A stretch of 54,620 bases of DNA from Verrucomicrobiota bacterium. Its GTDB lineage: Bacteria > Verrucomicrobiota > Verrucomicrobiia > Chthoniobacterales > UBA6821. Made by a program: the position numbers and the translations under genes. The number at the start of each line of letters is the position of its first letter. Position 1 is the first letter of the stretch. Below, piece by piece: positions 26,954 through 35,039 of this stretch. The notes beneath the pieces are model-generated. The model searched no databases, was not told the origin of the DNA, and saw only the letters and a program-made list of their open reading frames with translations. The DNA lies in the NCBI GenBank assembly GCA_037127835.1, contig JBAXXS010000002.1:1-54620 (forward strand), in the 5' to 3' direction.

Positions 26954-27496
26954 ATGATTTCGTCCCGGTTACTCCTGCTATGCGTTTGTCTTTTGCTGAC
27001 GGTTTTTTCCTCCAGTGGGATAGCTGCCGTCGACGATCGTCTCAATCCGCTGGTGACTCTCATGATCCAGAGGCTCCAGTTATCACGTGAGGTGGCCTGG
27101 AGCAAATGCCAGGCGGGGATTCCTGTCGCCGACCCCGTACGGGAGGCACGGATACTCACTGATCTGAAGGTCGCCGGAAGGCAGGAGGGACTAACCTCCG
27201 AAGAGGTGACCAGATTGTTCATTCCCCAGATCGCCGCCTCGCGCCGCTATCAGGAGGAACTGATCGCCGGATGGCGTTCAGGTATCGATGTGCCCAAGAT
27301 TAAGCCGCTCGACCTTGCCGCTGAGATCAGGCCGCGGTTGGACAAGCTGAACCGAGAAATGCTCCGTCAGTGGGAGGTAGTCTGTCATACTCACCTGGAC
27401 TGGGCCGACCGCGAGGAAGCGGAGCGGATGCTCCGGGATCGGGGAATCTCACCCGATGTCGCCAAGATCGCTGTGAGCCCCTTGGGAGGTAAATAA
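26954..27496 (+). CDS. secreted (periplasmic) AroQ-class chorismate mutase
   Basis: Signal peptide, then LVTLMIQRLQLSREVAWSK...PVADPVREARIL, typical of monofunctional exported AroQ chorismate mutases. Confidence 0.7.
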   Translation: MISSRLLLLCVCLLLTVFSSSGIAAVDDRLNPLVTLMIQRLQLSREVAWSKCQAGIPVADPVREARILTDLKVAGRQEGLTSEEVTRLFIPQIAASRRYQEELIAGWRSGIDVPKIKPLDLAAEIRPRLDKLNREMLRQWEVVCHTHLDWADREEAERMLRDRGISPDVAKIAVSPLGGK

Positions 27497-27508
27497 GCCG
27501 CGATTGAT

Positions 27509-27536
27509 TCTCCCGCAGAGGCGCGGAGGCGCAGAG
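27509..27536 (-). repeat. 28-nt CTCTGCG-type repeat, copy 2 (left arm of the inverted pair flanking the GxxExxY gene)
   Basis: The plus strand reads tctcccgcagaggcgcggaggcgcagag. Positions 27514-27537 match the reverse complement of 27931-27954 at 22 of 24 positions. Confidence 0.75.
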
Positions 27537-27538
27537 AA

Positions 27539-27922
27539 TTATTCTTCTAGGCCATTCACACAACGCGTGATGCCACTCTTTAAGACTGCCTCTCCAAAGT
27601 TCAAAAGGTAACCCAGCTTTATTCCGGTCAACCTTACATAAGTCTGAACCTGCTTTCTATGTGCAGGCATGATCTGTTCAACAGACTTGAGCTCCAGTAA
27701 AACCATCTTTTCAACAATGAGATCTGCCCGAAATCCCTCTTCAAATTTGACTCCCTTGTAGAGAATCGGAACGGGGACCTACCGCTCCACTTTCAGTCCT
27801 GCCTCATTCAACTCCCGGCACAGCACGATTTCGTAGACGGTTTCCAGGAGTCCCGGTCCGAGCTCCCGATGAACCGCAATGGCAGCTTCAATTATTTTGG
27901 TGCCAATTTCATTTTCCCTCAT
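27539..27922 (-). pseudogene. GxxExxY (PD-(D/E)XK-like, PDDEXK_3) family gene with an in-frame TAG at codon 48
   Basis: Manual translation gives MRENEIGTKIIEAAIAVHRELGPGLLETVYEIVLCRELNEAGLKVER*VPVPILYKGVKFEEGFRADLIVEKMVLLELKSVEQIMPAHRKQVQTYVRLTGIKLGYLLNFGEAVLKSGITRCVNGLEE. The TAG (27779-27781) sits where family members normally have Gln (ERQV). It is not in the ORF track because the stop splits it below the length cutoff. Confidence 0.8.
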
Positions 27923-27931
27923 TTTAATACT

Positions 27932-27958
27932 CTCTGCGTCTCAGCGCCTCTGCGCGAA
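27932..27958 (+). repeat. 28-nt CTCTGCG-type repeat, copy 3 (right arm of the inverted pair)
   Basis: ctctgcgtctcagcgcctctgcgcgaa lies immediately upstream of the GxxExxY start codon. Confidence 0.75.
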
Positions 27959-28002
27959 TTTTTTTCTACTTTCACTTTTTAACTCCCTTAACCTTTTATC
28001 CC

Positions 28003-28929
28003 ATGGCCACTCCGAAGATCGATCCAGCTCTCCATCAGGAGCGTAAGCCCGACTGGATCAAGGTACGCCTTCCATCGAATCCCGTCTTCTTCTCGACCAA
28101 GGCGATGATCGCCGATCTGCGCCTTCATACGGTCTGTGAGAGCGCCCAGTGCCCGAATCGCTGGGAGTGCTGGAGCGGAGGCACCGCCACCATGATGATA
28201 GCCGGAGATCGCTGCACGCGGGCCTGCGGATTCTGTGCGGTCGATACGGCCAAGCCCTTCGCCCTAGAGGAGGACGAGCCGGAGCGGGTCGCCGAGGCGG
28301 TCCGGCGGATGAATCTCAAGCATGTGGTTGTCACCGCCGTTGCCCGCGATGACATTCCCGACGGCGGCGCGGAGCATTTCGCCCGTACGATCCAGGCGAT
28401 CCGTGACATGGATGCCTCGGTCATCATTGAGATCCTGACTCCCGACTTCAATGGCAAGGACTCCTCCCTGCAAACCGTGGTCGATGCTGCTCCCCATATC
28501 TTCAATCATAACCTCGAGACTGTAGAGCGTCTCACGCCGATGGTTCGCTCCCGGGCAAAGTACCGCCTCTCGCTTGATTTCCTGAAGCGCGCTCGCGCTC
28601 TTGCCGATTCGCGCGATCAGAAAATGGTGACCAAGAGCGGCATCATGCTTGGTCTGGGCGAGCAGGAGAACGAGATCTTCCAGGCCATGGATGACTTACG
28701 TGAGGCCAATGTCAGCGTGCTCACCATGGGCCAGTATCTCCGCCCCAGCCCCCAGCATCTGCCGGTTGTCGAATACATCACCCCGGAGACATTCAACCTC
28801 TACGGCGAGATCGCCAGGAAGAAAGGATTCACTCATGTGGCGAGTGGTCCGTTGGTACGGAGTTCGTACCATGCATCCGACTTCAATCCGATTGAGGGTT
28901 TAGCCGAGCAAGCAGGCCTGAATAGTTAA
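28003..28929 (+). CDS. lipA: lipoyl synthase
   Basis: CESAQCPNRWEC and radical-SAM CTRACGFC motifs. The length and overall sequence fit LipA. Confidence 0.95.
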   Translation: MATPKIDPALHQERKPDWIKVRLPSNPVFFSTKAMIADLRLHTVCESAQCPNRWECWSGGTATMMIAGDRCTRACGFCAVDTAKPFALEEDEPERVAEAVRRMNLKHVVVTAVARDDIPDGGAEHFARTIQAIRDMDASVIIEILTPDFNGKDSSLQTVVDAAPHIFNHNLETVERLTPMVRSRAKYRLSLDFLKRARALADSRDQKMVTKSGIMLGLGEQENEIFQAMDDLREANVSVLTMGQYLRPSPQHLPVVEYITPETFNLYGEIARKKGFTHVASGPLVRSSYHASDFNPIEGLAEQAGLNS

Positions 28930-28980
28930 GGCTCAGTTTCGGTTTTTTGCAAAAAACAGTTGCGGACTCTTTTGGTTTGC

Positions 28981-29004
28981 TATACCGAACAAATGAACGG
29001 TATA
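28981..29004. promoter_or_regulatory. candidate LexA operator/promoter: TATACCG-N10-CGGTATA palindrome containing GAACA-N3-GAAC
   Basis: tataccgaacaaatgaacggtata lies directly upstream of lexA, between a possible -35 (TTGCTA) and -10 (TATATG/TATGAAT). Confidence 0.4.
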
Positions 29005-29015
29005 TGAATATCAGC

Positions 29016-29639
29016 ATGAATCTCACCCTACGACAGAGTGAAATCCTCTCTTTCATCCGCGACTGTGCGGAGGAGAGGGGAGGTATCCCCTCGGTTCGTG
29101 AGATCATGGCCCGTTTTGGATTTAGCTCTCCGGCTACGGTGGCTAGCCATCTGGACCTCATGGAAAAGAAGGGTGCTATTCGTCGCGAGGCAGGGCGTTC
29201 GAGGAATATCATCCTTCCCGATCGTGAGCTTCTAAAGTCCCGTCCGGAACTTCTCGAAGTGCCCCTTTATGGGATGATTCCCGCCGGTATTCCCGAGGGC
29301 CAGGAGCAGGAGATGGATCGCTGCATCACGGTCGACCCCGAGACGATCAAGATTCCCCGGAATGCGAAGACTTTCGCCCTTGAGGTGAGGGGAGACTCAA
29401 TGATCGGTGCCGGGATCCTAGACCGCGATGTCGTGATCCTGGAGCATGCCGAACCTCGGAACCGTGATATCGTTGCCGCCCTGATCGATGGCGAGGTCAC
29501 ACTGAAGCGCTACCTCGTGGAGGGAGGTATTCCCTTCCTTCGTGCCGAGAATCCACTCTATCCCGATCTCATTCCGGCCCGGGAGCTTCTGATCCAAGGA
29601 GTCTTCCGAGCGCTGATCCGCACCCATCTTCCACGTTAA
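29016..29639 (+). CDS. lexA: LexA repressor
   Basis: MNLTLRQSEILSFI wHTH N-terminus. S24 peptidase motifs are GDSM (Ser nucleophile) and TLKRY (Lys). ATG 29016 is preferred, with 29004 as an alternative. Confidence 0.9.
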   Translation: MNLTLRQSEILSFIRDCAEERGGIPSVREIMARFGFSSPATVASHLDLMEKKGAIRREAGRSRNIILPDRELLKSRPELLEVPLYGMIPAGIPEGQEQEMDRCITVDPETIKIPRNAKTFALEVRGDSMIGAGILDRDVVILEHAEPRNRDIVAALIDGEVTLKRYLVEGGIPFLRAENPLYPDLIPARELLIQGVFRALIRTHLPR

Positions 29640-29672
29640 CCCAATACCCAATACCCATCACCAAACACCACC

Positions 29673-29867
29673 ATGAAGACCGCCACCAAGTCCACCATCC
29701 GATCCACCGATGAGCTCTGGCAATGGGCTGCACTCAAGAGATCCGCCTCCCTTGCCCCAAAACGTTCGATGACGAGCAGTATGGCCCGTCATTCCTCTTC
29801 GATGGCACAAGGCATTCTAAACCGTCTTTACGAGATCCTTGGAGTGACTTCCAAGTCACGGAGGTAA
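29673..29867 (+). CDS. hypothetical small basic Ser-rich protein (64 aa) downstream of lexA
   Basis: The ORF has an ATG directly preceded by a 33-nt G-free leader of the type seen before other genes here. I recognise no similarity, and an overlapping alternative frame (29723..29911) is also open. Confidence 0.25.
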   Translation: MKTATKSTIRSTDELWQWAALKRSASLAPKRSMTSSMARHSSSMAQGILNRLYEILGVTSKSRR

Positions 29868-29876
29868 GAAATTTTA

Positions 29877-29904
29877 TCTCGCGCGGAGACGCAGAGGCGC
29901 AGAG
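29877..29904 (-). repeat. 28-nt CTCTGCG-type repeat, copy 4
   Basis: The plus strand reads tctcgcgcggagacgcagaggcgcagag, which is the reverse complement of ctctgcgcctctgcgtctccgcgcgaga. Confidence 0.75.
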
Positions 29905-29923
29905 ATACTAAATTGGAATAGAA

Positions 29924-30150
29924 ATGAATATCGACCTGACAATTGATTCAATAATTCTAGAACGAGCCAAAGAACTGGCCCTCATGAAGAATATCAGCCT
30001 GTCGTTTTTGTGGAGACACTTCTTATCGATGAACTAGGAATTTCTACGACATCTAAAAAGCTCTCCTTTATCCACAAGTGGACAGGACGTCTGAACTTAA
30101 GGAGTCCTGATGGACAGTTTGCTTACTTGCAGCAACGTTACGAGATCTGA
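29924..30150 (+). pseudogene. frameshifted small RHH/DUF6364-like antitoxin-type gene
   Basis: Frame 1 gives MNIDLTIDSIILERAKELALMKNISLS, then stops at 30035-30037. After the T5 run at 30005-30009 the -1 frame continues as FVETLLIDELGISTTSKKLSFIHKWTGRLNLRSPDGQFAYLQQRYEI*. One extra T would restore a 75-aa ORF. Confidence 0.5.
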
Positions 30151-30293
30151 ATTTGCCCTGCGTTATCAGTGTTTGATTATCTGGCTGTTGATTCGCATCC
30201 GTTACAACTTCCTCTATGCAGGATATTTTTTTTTTGTCCTAATAGTCCAAACACCTGCAGCCTAAATCCCTTCCTGCCACTTCCGTGGCGGCA

Positions 30294-32213
30294 TCAGTTC
30301 GACTGATCCGTTGTGGGCTGATCCTGATCCTTTGACTTATCAGGTTTTTCGGCCTTTTCAGTCTGGTCATTGGAGTCTTTGGATTCTTTATCCTTTTCCT
30401 CTTTCGAGCCGTAGACCTCTTTGAGGACTTTACCGATGAGTGGCGCAGCGTGGCTGCCTCCATGAATGTTGTTATCGCCGGGTTCTCCCTCATAGACGGC
30501 TGCAAAGGCATACTGGGGATTCTCTGCAGGAACGAATCCCGCAAACCATGCGGCAGTTCGCTGCTTCTCCTTGTTTCCTCCACCACCCCATTGGGCGGTG
30601 CCTGTCTTCCCTGCGACATGGTATCCCTTCACCTGCGCGTGGTGGGCCGTTCCCTGTCCATCTTCGGTCACGGCCACGAGAGCTTCTTTAAGCGTCTCCA
30701 TATCCTCCTGCTTGATCTGGAGGTCATCCCGGAGACGGTCAGGGTAGGCTGAGATAACTTTGTTATCGATGCCCTGGATCTGCTTCACGAGCCGTGTCTG
30801 GTGAAATTGTCCACCCGTCGCGATTGCCCCGTAAGCCTGGGCCATCTGGAGAGGGGTGATGACGATGGCCCCCTGTCCGATGCTCATGTTGGCGACATCG
30901 CCCTTGAGGATCTTCCGCTTCTGGGTGCGTAGCATGTATTCATCGGTGGGAATGATACCGCCCGTTTCGGCTTTGAGAGGGATACCTGTCTTCTTCCCGA
31001 GTCCTAGACGCTCGGTCCAGGTGATGATGTTTTGTGCCCCGATCTTGATGCCGGCCTGAATGAACCATGTGTTGCAGGACTGCGTGAGCGCCTCGACAAA
31101 ATTCAGACGACCCGCATTGGTCTTCTTCCAGTTGTGAAAGGTGAAGTTGCCAATATCGATCGCGGTAGGGCCGCTGTAGATATCGGTGGGGGTGAGTTTT
31201 CCAGACTGGAACCCGGAGAGTGCGACAAATGTCTTGAAGGTGGAGCCAGGCGGATAAGCGGATCGGTAGGCTCGGGGCAGCAAGGGCGTGGAAGGATCTT
31301 CGCTAAGCTGTCTGTAGATCTCAGGATTCAGGATGGGAACGAAGTGGTTAGGATTGTATTCGGGCCAGGAGGCCATAGCATGGATTTCACCGGTCCAGGG
31401 ATCGATCACCACGATGGCGCCGCGCTTGCAATTCTCACTCAGGACCTTCTCGCAGATGCGCTGCAGATTCTGATCAATGGTTGTGATCACGTTATCGCCG
31501 GGAACGGGAGGCTGGGCGATCCTCTCCGAGGTCTTGCGACCCTCCGCATCATAGGTGACATGGATGCTGCCGGGGTGGCCTTTCAGCTGGTAGTCGAAAG
31601 TTTGCTCGATCCCTTCGCGCCCCTCGCTCTCGGTGAAGATGAGGTCCTTGTTCTCGATCGGACGGATGGAGAGGGGAGCTTCCTTACCCGTATAGCCGAT
31701 AATGTGGGAGGCAAGTTGCCCATTGGGATAAATGCGCGCGTAGACCTGCTGGAGCACCAGGGCACTCGTGAGGCCGCGCCTGGCAGCGGCCAGTTCCTCG
31801 GGCTGCAGATCCTCGAGCAGAGTCAGCGGGAGGAGGCCACGGTTGCGGTAATGATTGAGGATAGCCTGATCGCGTAGTGAGATCTGGCGTCCAAGGAACC
31901 CCTTGGCGAACGTGATGTGTTGGCGGGCAAAAGCCAGGACCTTGGCCTCGCTCCAGTCGAGCGGGGTGGGGAACTGAAGCGCCAGATTGTAACTGAGGCG
32001 ACTCTGGGCCAGCGGATAGCCGTTCCTGTCGGTGATCTGCCCTCTCGGGGCTGGAATTCCGAGCTGGAAAGTCCGGGCCTGCTTCTGGGTCTCCCATGTG
32101 GGTTTGGGATTTTCATCGACGGGTGCGTTCGTCCCATTGTTCATCTGTGCCGCTGCCGAGAAGGCGAAAGCAAAAGAGCAAAGCAGGTTAAGAAGAAGGA
32201 TCCGTGCGCTCAT
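30294..32213 (-). CDS. mrdA: penicillin-binding protein 2 (peptidoglycan D,D-transpeptidase)
   Basis: Transpeptidase motifs STFK (PGSTFKTF), SCN (SCNTWF) and KTGT (AGKTGTAQ). The C-terminal tail is K/D/E-rich and low complexity. The ATG overlaps the tsaB stop. Confidence 0.88.
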   Translation of the reverse strand: MSARILLLNLLCSFAFAFSAAAQMNNGTNAPVDENPKPTWETQKQARTFQLGIPAPRGQITDRNGYPLAQSRLSYNLALQFPTPLDWSEAKVLAFARQHITFAKGFLGRQISLRDQAILNHYRNRGLLPLTLLEDLQPEELAAARRGLTSALVLQQVYARIYPNGQLASHIIGYTGKEAPLSIRPIENKDLIFTESEGREGIEQTFDYQLKGHPGSIHVTYDAEGRKTSERIAQPPVPGDNVITTIDQNLQRICEKVLSENCKRGAIVVIDPWTGEIHAMASWPEYNPNHFVPILNPEIYRQLSEDPSTPLLPRAYRSAYPPGSTFKTFVALSGFQSGKLTPTDIYSGPTAIDIGNFTFHNWKKTNAGRLNFVEALTQSCNTWFIQAGIKIGAQNIITWTERLGLGKKTGIPLKAETGGIIPTDEYMLRTQKRKILKGDVANMSIGQGAIVITPLQMAQAYGAIATGGQFHQTRLVKQIQGIDNKVISAYPDRLRDDLQIKQEDMETLKEALVAVTEDGQGTAHHAQVKGYHVAGKTGTAQWGGGGNKEKQRTAAWFAGFVPAENPQYAFAAVYEGEPGDNNIHGGSHAAPLIGKVLKEVYGSKEEKDKESKDSNDQTEKAEKPDKSKDQDQPTTDQSN

Positions 32214-32842
32214 GGTACGGTGGCTGTGGCTCTCGGGGGGGTGATGTGGGGAGGCTTTAGGTAGATTGGCACGGGAGTTCCCGAGACGAGGAAAGAGGGA
32301 TCGTTCTTTTCCGCAAGGATTGCAAGTCGCACGGCATTTGGGGTGGCAATCACCAGGCTCTCAATTTCAGCCATGGCTGCCGATCCGACTACGGGCAGAT
32401 CGGCATACGAGCTTAGATGACTCAGCATCTCGGCGGGAGAAAGAAGCCGAGGTTCCTCCACGAATACCCCTAGTTGAATACGCGCTATCCAGTAATGGCC
32501 TCCCCGTGCATCCCCGACAGCCCAGAACCCCTCATCCGGCCCCTGCAGCGCCAAGGGTGAGGGGATGGCATGAAGCGGGAGATTCCGTGCCGTGGCGAAT
32601 CCTCTGGCTGCTGCAATTCCAGCGCGCAGGCCATTGTACGATCCGGGACCTAGTCCCACGCAGAGTGCATCGGGAAGGCCGCATGTCTCCACGGCATCCC
32701 TCAGCCCCGCGAAGAGAGCAGAAGAGTCGGATCGCGCATGGGGGGTCTGCTTTTCAAAGAGAACCTCCGGTGTTCCTTTAATGAAGGAAACGAAGGCAAC
32801 CGAGGCGACCGTTGATGAGGAGTCGAGGGAAAGGATCCTCAT
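32210..32842 (-). CDS. tsaB: tRNA t6A37 biosynthesis protein TsaB
   Basis: MRILSLDSSSTVASVAF and GPGSYNGLRAGIAAARG are hallmark TsaB motifs. ATG at 32842. Confidence 0.85.
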   Translation of the reverse strand: MRILSLDSSSTVASVAFVSFIKGTPEVLFEKQTPHARSDSSALFAGLRDAVETCGLPDALCVGLGPGSYNGLRAGIAAARGFATARNLPLHAIPSPLALQGPDEGFWAVGDARGGHYWIARIQLGVFVEEPRLLSPAEMLSHLSSYADLPVVGSAAMAEIESLVIATPNAVRLAILAEKNDPSFLVSGTPVPIYLKPPHITPPRATATVP

Positions 32843-32849
32843 CGTCTTT

Positions 32850-33305
32850 TCAGAGGATTTCCCAGCGGAACGTGCGGATCTCTTCCGTGTCCACGAGCTG
32901 TGGCTCAATCCGGATCCTCATCGTACCTGGAGGCAATATACCCGAAAACTTGTCTCCCCATTCGATGAACATCAGCCCGTCATGATAGTAATCTTCCAAT
33001 CCCAGGGCGAGCACCTCGGATTCGGATTCCAACCTGTACCAGTCAGAGTGATGAAGGCGTTTGTCTACGGAACCATAGCTCTGTAGCAGAGTGAAGGTCG
33101 GACTGGTGACCTCCTCGATGATACCCATGGCTAGAGCCGTTGCTTTGACGAAGTGGGTTTTTCCAGCACCGAGCGGCCCCTCCAGAGTGACTACACCGGA
33201 CTTCAGCATCAGGGGCAGGAGTTCTGTAGCAATAGCCGCCGTTTCCTGAATGCTCCGGGCAGTATGAACTCCAAGCTGAAGTGTGACGGGATTGTCGATT
33301 GCCAT
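32850..33305 (-). CDS. tsaE: tRNA t6A37 biosynthesis ATPase TsaE
   Basis: Walker [24 protein letters not shown] and HSDWYRL motifs. Confidence 0.88.
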   Translation of the reverse strand: MAIDNPVTLQLGVHTARSIQETAAIATELLPLMLKSGVVTLEGPLGAGKTHFVKATALAMGIIEEVTSPTFTLLQSYGSVDKRLHHSDWYRLESESEVLALGLEDYYHDGLMFIEWGDKFSGILPPGTMRIRIEPQLVDTEEIRTFRWEIL

Positions 33306-33394
33306 TTCTGAGCCATTCTAGTTGGGTTACGGAGTCTAGCAATCCTACTGGAATAATCCTTCATAATTCATCCCTCATAATTCACCCTTTTTTT

Positions 33395-35017
33395 ATGTCC
33401 AACCCGACCCAACTCCCTGCCTGGAAGGCACTCGAAGCTAATCGCGACCAGATCGCCAAGACTACGCTCAAGGAGCTCTTTGCCGCCGATCCTACCCGTG
33501 GCGAACACCTGACCGCCGAGGCTTGCGGCCTCTACCTTGACTACTCGAAGAACCGCGTGAACGACGAGACCCTCAAGAACCTTGTCCAGCTTGCCAAGGA
33601 AGTCGGACTGGAGGAGCACCGCGACAAGATGTTTGCCGGAGAGAAGATCAATATCACCGAGGATCGCGCCGTTCTTCATGTTGCCCTCCGAGCTCCGAAG
33701 AATGCGGTAATCAAGGTCGATGGCGTCGATGTTGTTCCCGAGGTCCACAAGGTCCTCGAGGCCATGGGTTCCTTTGCCGACCGCATCCGCTCCGGCGAGT
33801 GGAAGGGCCACACAGGCAAGCGCATCAAGAACGTGATCAATATCGGCATCGGCGGCTCCGACCTGGGCCCCGTCATGGCCTACGAGGCTCTCAAGGCCTA
33901 CAGCGACCGCGACATGACTTTCCGCTTTGTCTCCAATGTCGACGGCACCGATTTCTCCGAGGCTGTCCGCGATCTCGATCCCGCCGAGACCCTCTTCATC
34001 GTCTCCTCGAAGACCTTCACCACGCTAGAGACCATGACCAATGCCAACAGCGCCCGCGAATGGTCGCTTGCTGGTTTTGGCAATGATGTCACTGCTGTTG
34101 CGAAGCACTTCGTCGCCGTCTCAACGAACGCCGCCAAGGTCTCTGAGTTCGGTATCGACACCGCGAACATGTTCGGATTCTGGGATTGGGTCGGTGGCCG
34201 TTACTCGATGGACTCCGCGATCGGCCTCTCGACCATGATCGCCATCGGGCCTAAGAACTTCTCTGATCTCCTCGCTGGCTTTCACGCGATGGACGAGCAC
34301 TTCCGCACGGCCCCGCTCGACAAGAATCTCCCCGTTCTCCTTGGCCTCCTTGCCGTCTGGTACAACGACTTCTTCGGTGCCCAGAGCATTGCCGTGCTCC
34401 CCTACGAGCAGTACCTCAAGCGCTTCCCCGCCTACCTCCAGCAACTCACCATGGAGAGCAACGGCAAGTCGGTCCGCCTCGACGGCACACATGTCACTTT
34501 TGATACGGGTCCGATCTACTGGGGCGAGCCCGGCACGAACGGCCAGCACTCCTTCTATCAGCTCATCCATCAGGGAACTCGCCTCATCCCGTGCGACTTC
34601 ATCGGATTCAACAAGGCAATCAACGAGCTGGGTCACCACCACAATTATCTCACCTCGAATATCTTCGCGCAGGCTGAGGCACTCGCCTTCGGCAAGACAC
34701 CTGAGCAGGTGAAGGCCGAGGGAACGCCCGATTGGCTGAATCCCCACCGCGTCTTCGAGGGGAACCGTCCGTCGAATGTCATCATGGCCGACAAGCTCGA
34801 CCCTCATACCCTCGGCGTTCTGGTCGCTCTGTATGAGCACAGCGTCTTTACGCAGGGTACCATCTGGGGGATCAACTCCTTTGATCAGTGGGGTGTCGAG
34901 CTCGGTAAGCAGCTTGCCCAGCACATCATCCCCGAGCTCGAGTCGCCGGCCGAGCCAGAGCTCAAGCACGACAGCTCGACGAACGCGCTTATCCGCCGCT
35001 TCAGGGCGAAGAAGTAA
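33395..35017 (+). CDS. pgi: glucose-6-phosphate isomerase
   Basis: [19 protein letters not shown] and [10 protein letters not shown] signatures. ATG at 33395. Confidence 0.95.
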   Translation: MSNPTQLPAWKALEANRDQIAKTTLKELFAADPTRGEHLTAEACGLYLDYSKNRVNDETLKNLVQLAKEVGLEEHRDKMFAGEKINITEDRAVLHVALRAPKNAVIKVDGVDVVPEVHKVLEAMGSFADRIRSGEWKGHTGKRIKNVINIGIGGSDLGPVMAYEALKAYSDRDMTFRFVSNVDGTDFSEAVRDLDPAETLFIVSSKTFTTLETMTNANSAREWSLAGFGNDVTAVAKHFVAVSTNAAKVSEFGIDTANMFGFWDWVGGRYSMDSAIGLSTMIAIGPKNFSDLLAGFHAMDEHFRTAPLDKNLPVLLGLLAVWYNDFFGAQSIAVLPYEQYLKRFPAYLQQLTMESNGKSVRLDGTHVTFDTGPIYWGEPGTNGQHSFYQLIHQGTRLIPCDFIGFNKAINELGHHHNYLTSNIFAQAEALAFGKTPEQVKAEGTPDWLNPHRVFEGNRPSNVIMADKLDPHTLGVLVALYEHSVFTQGTIWGINSFDQWGVELGKQLAQHIIPELESPAEPELKHDSSTNALIRRFRAKK

Positions 35018-35039
35018 AACCGATTAAATTTTATAAGTC

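Noticed and set aside
30151-30293. Possible PIN/VapC-type toxin remnant downstream of the frameshifted antitoxin-like gene
   Set aside because: Only about 140 nt are available. The translated frames give no recognisable PIN N-terminal motif (no DTN/DTS), so I cannot support a call.
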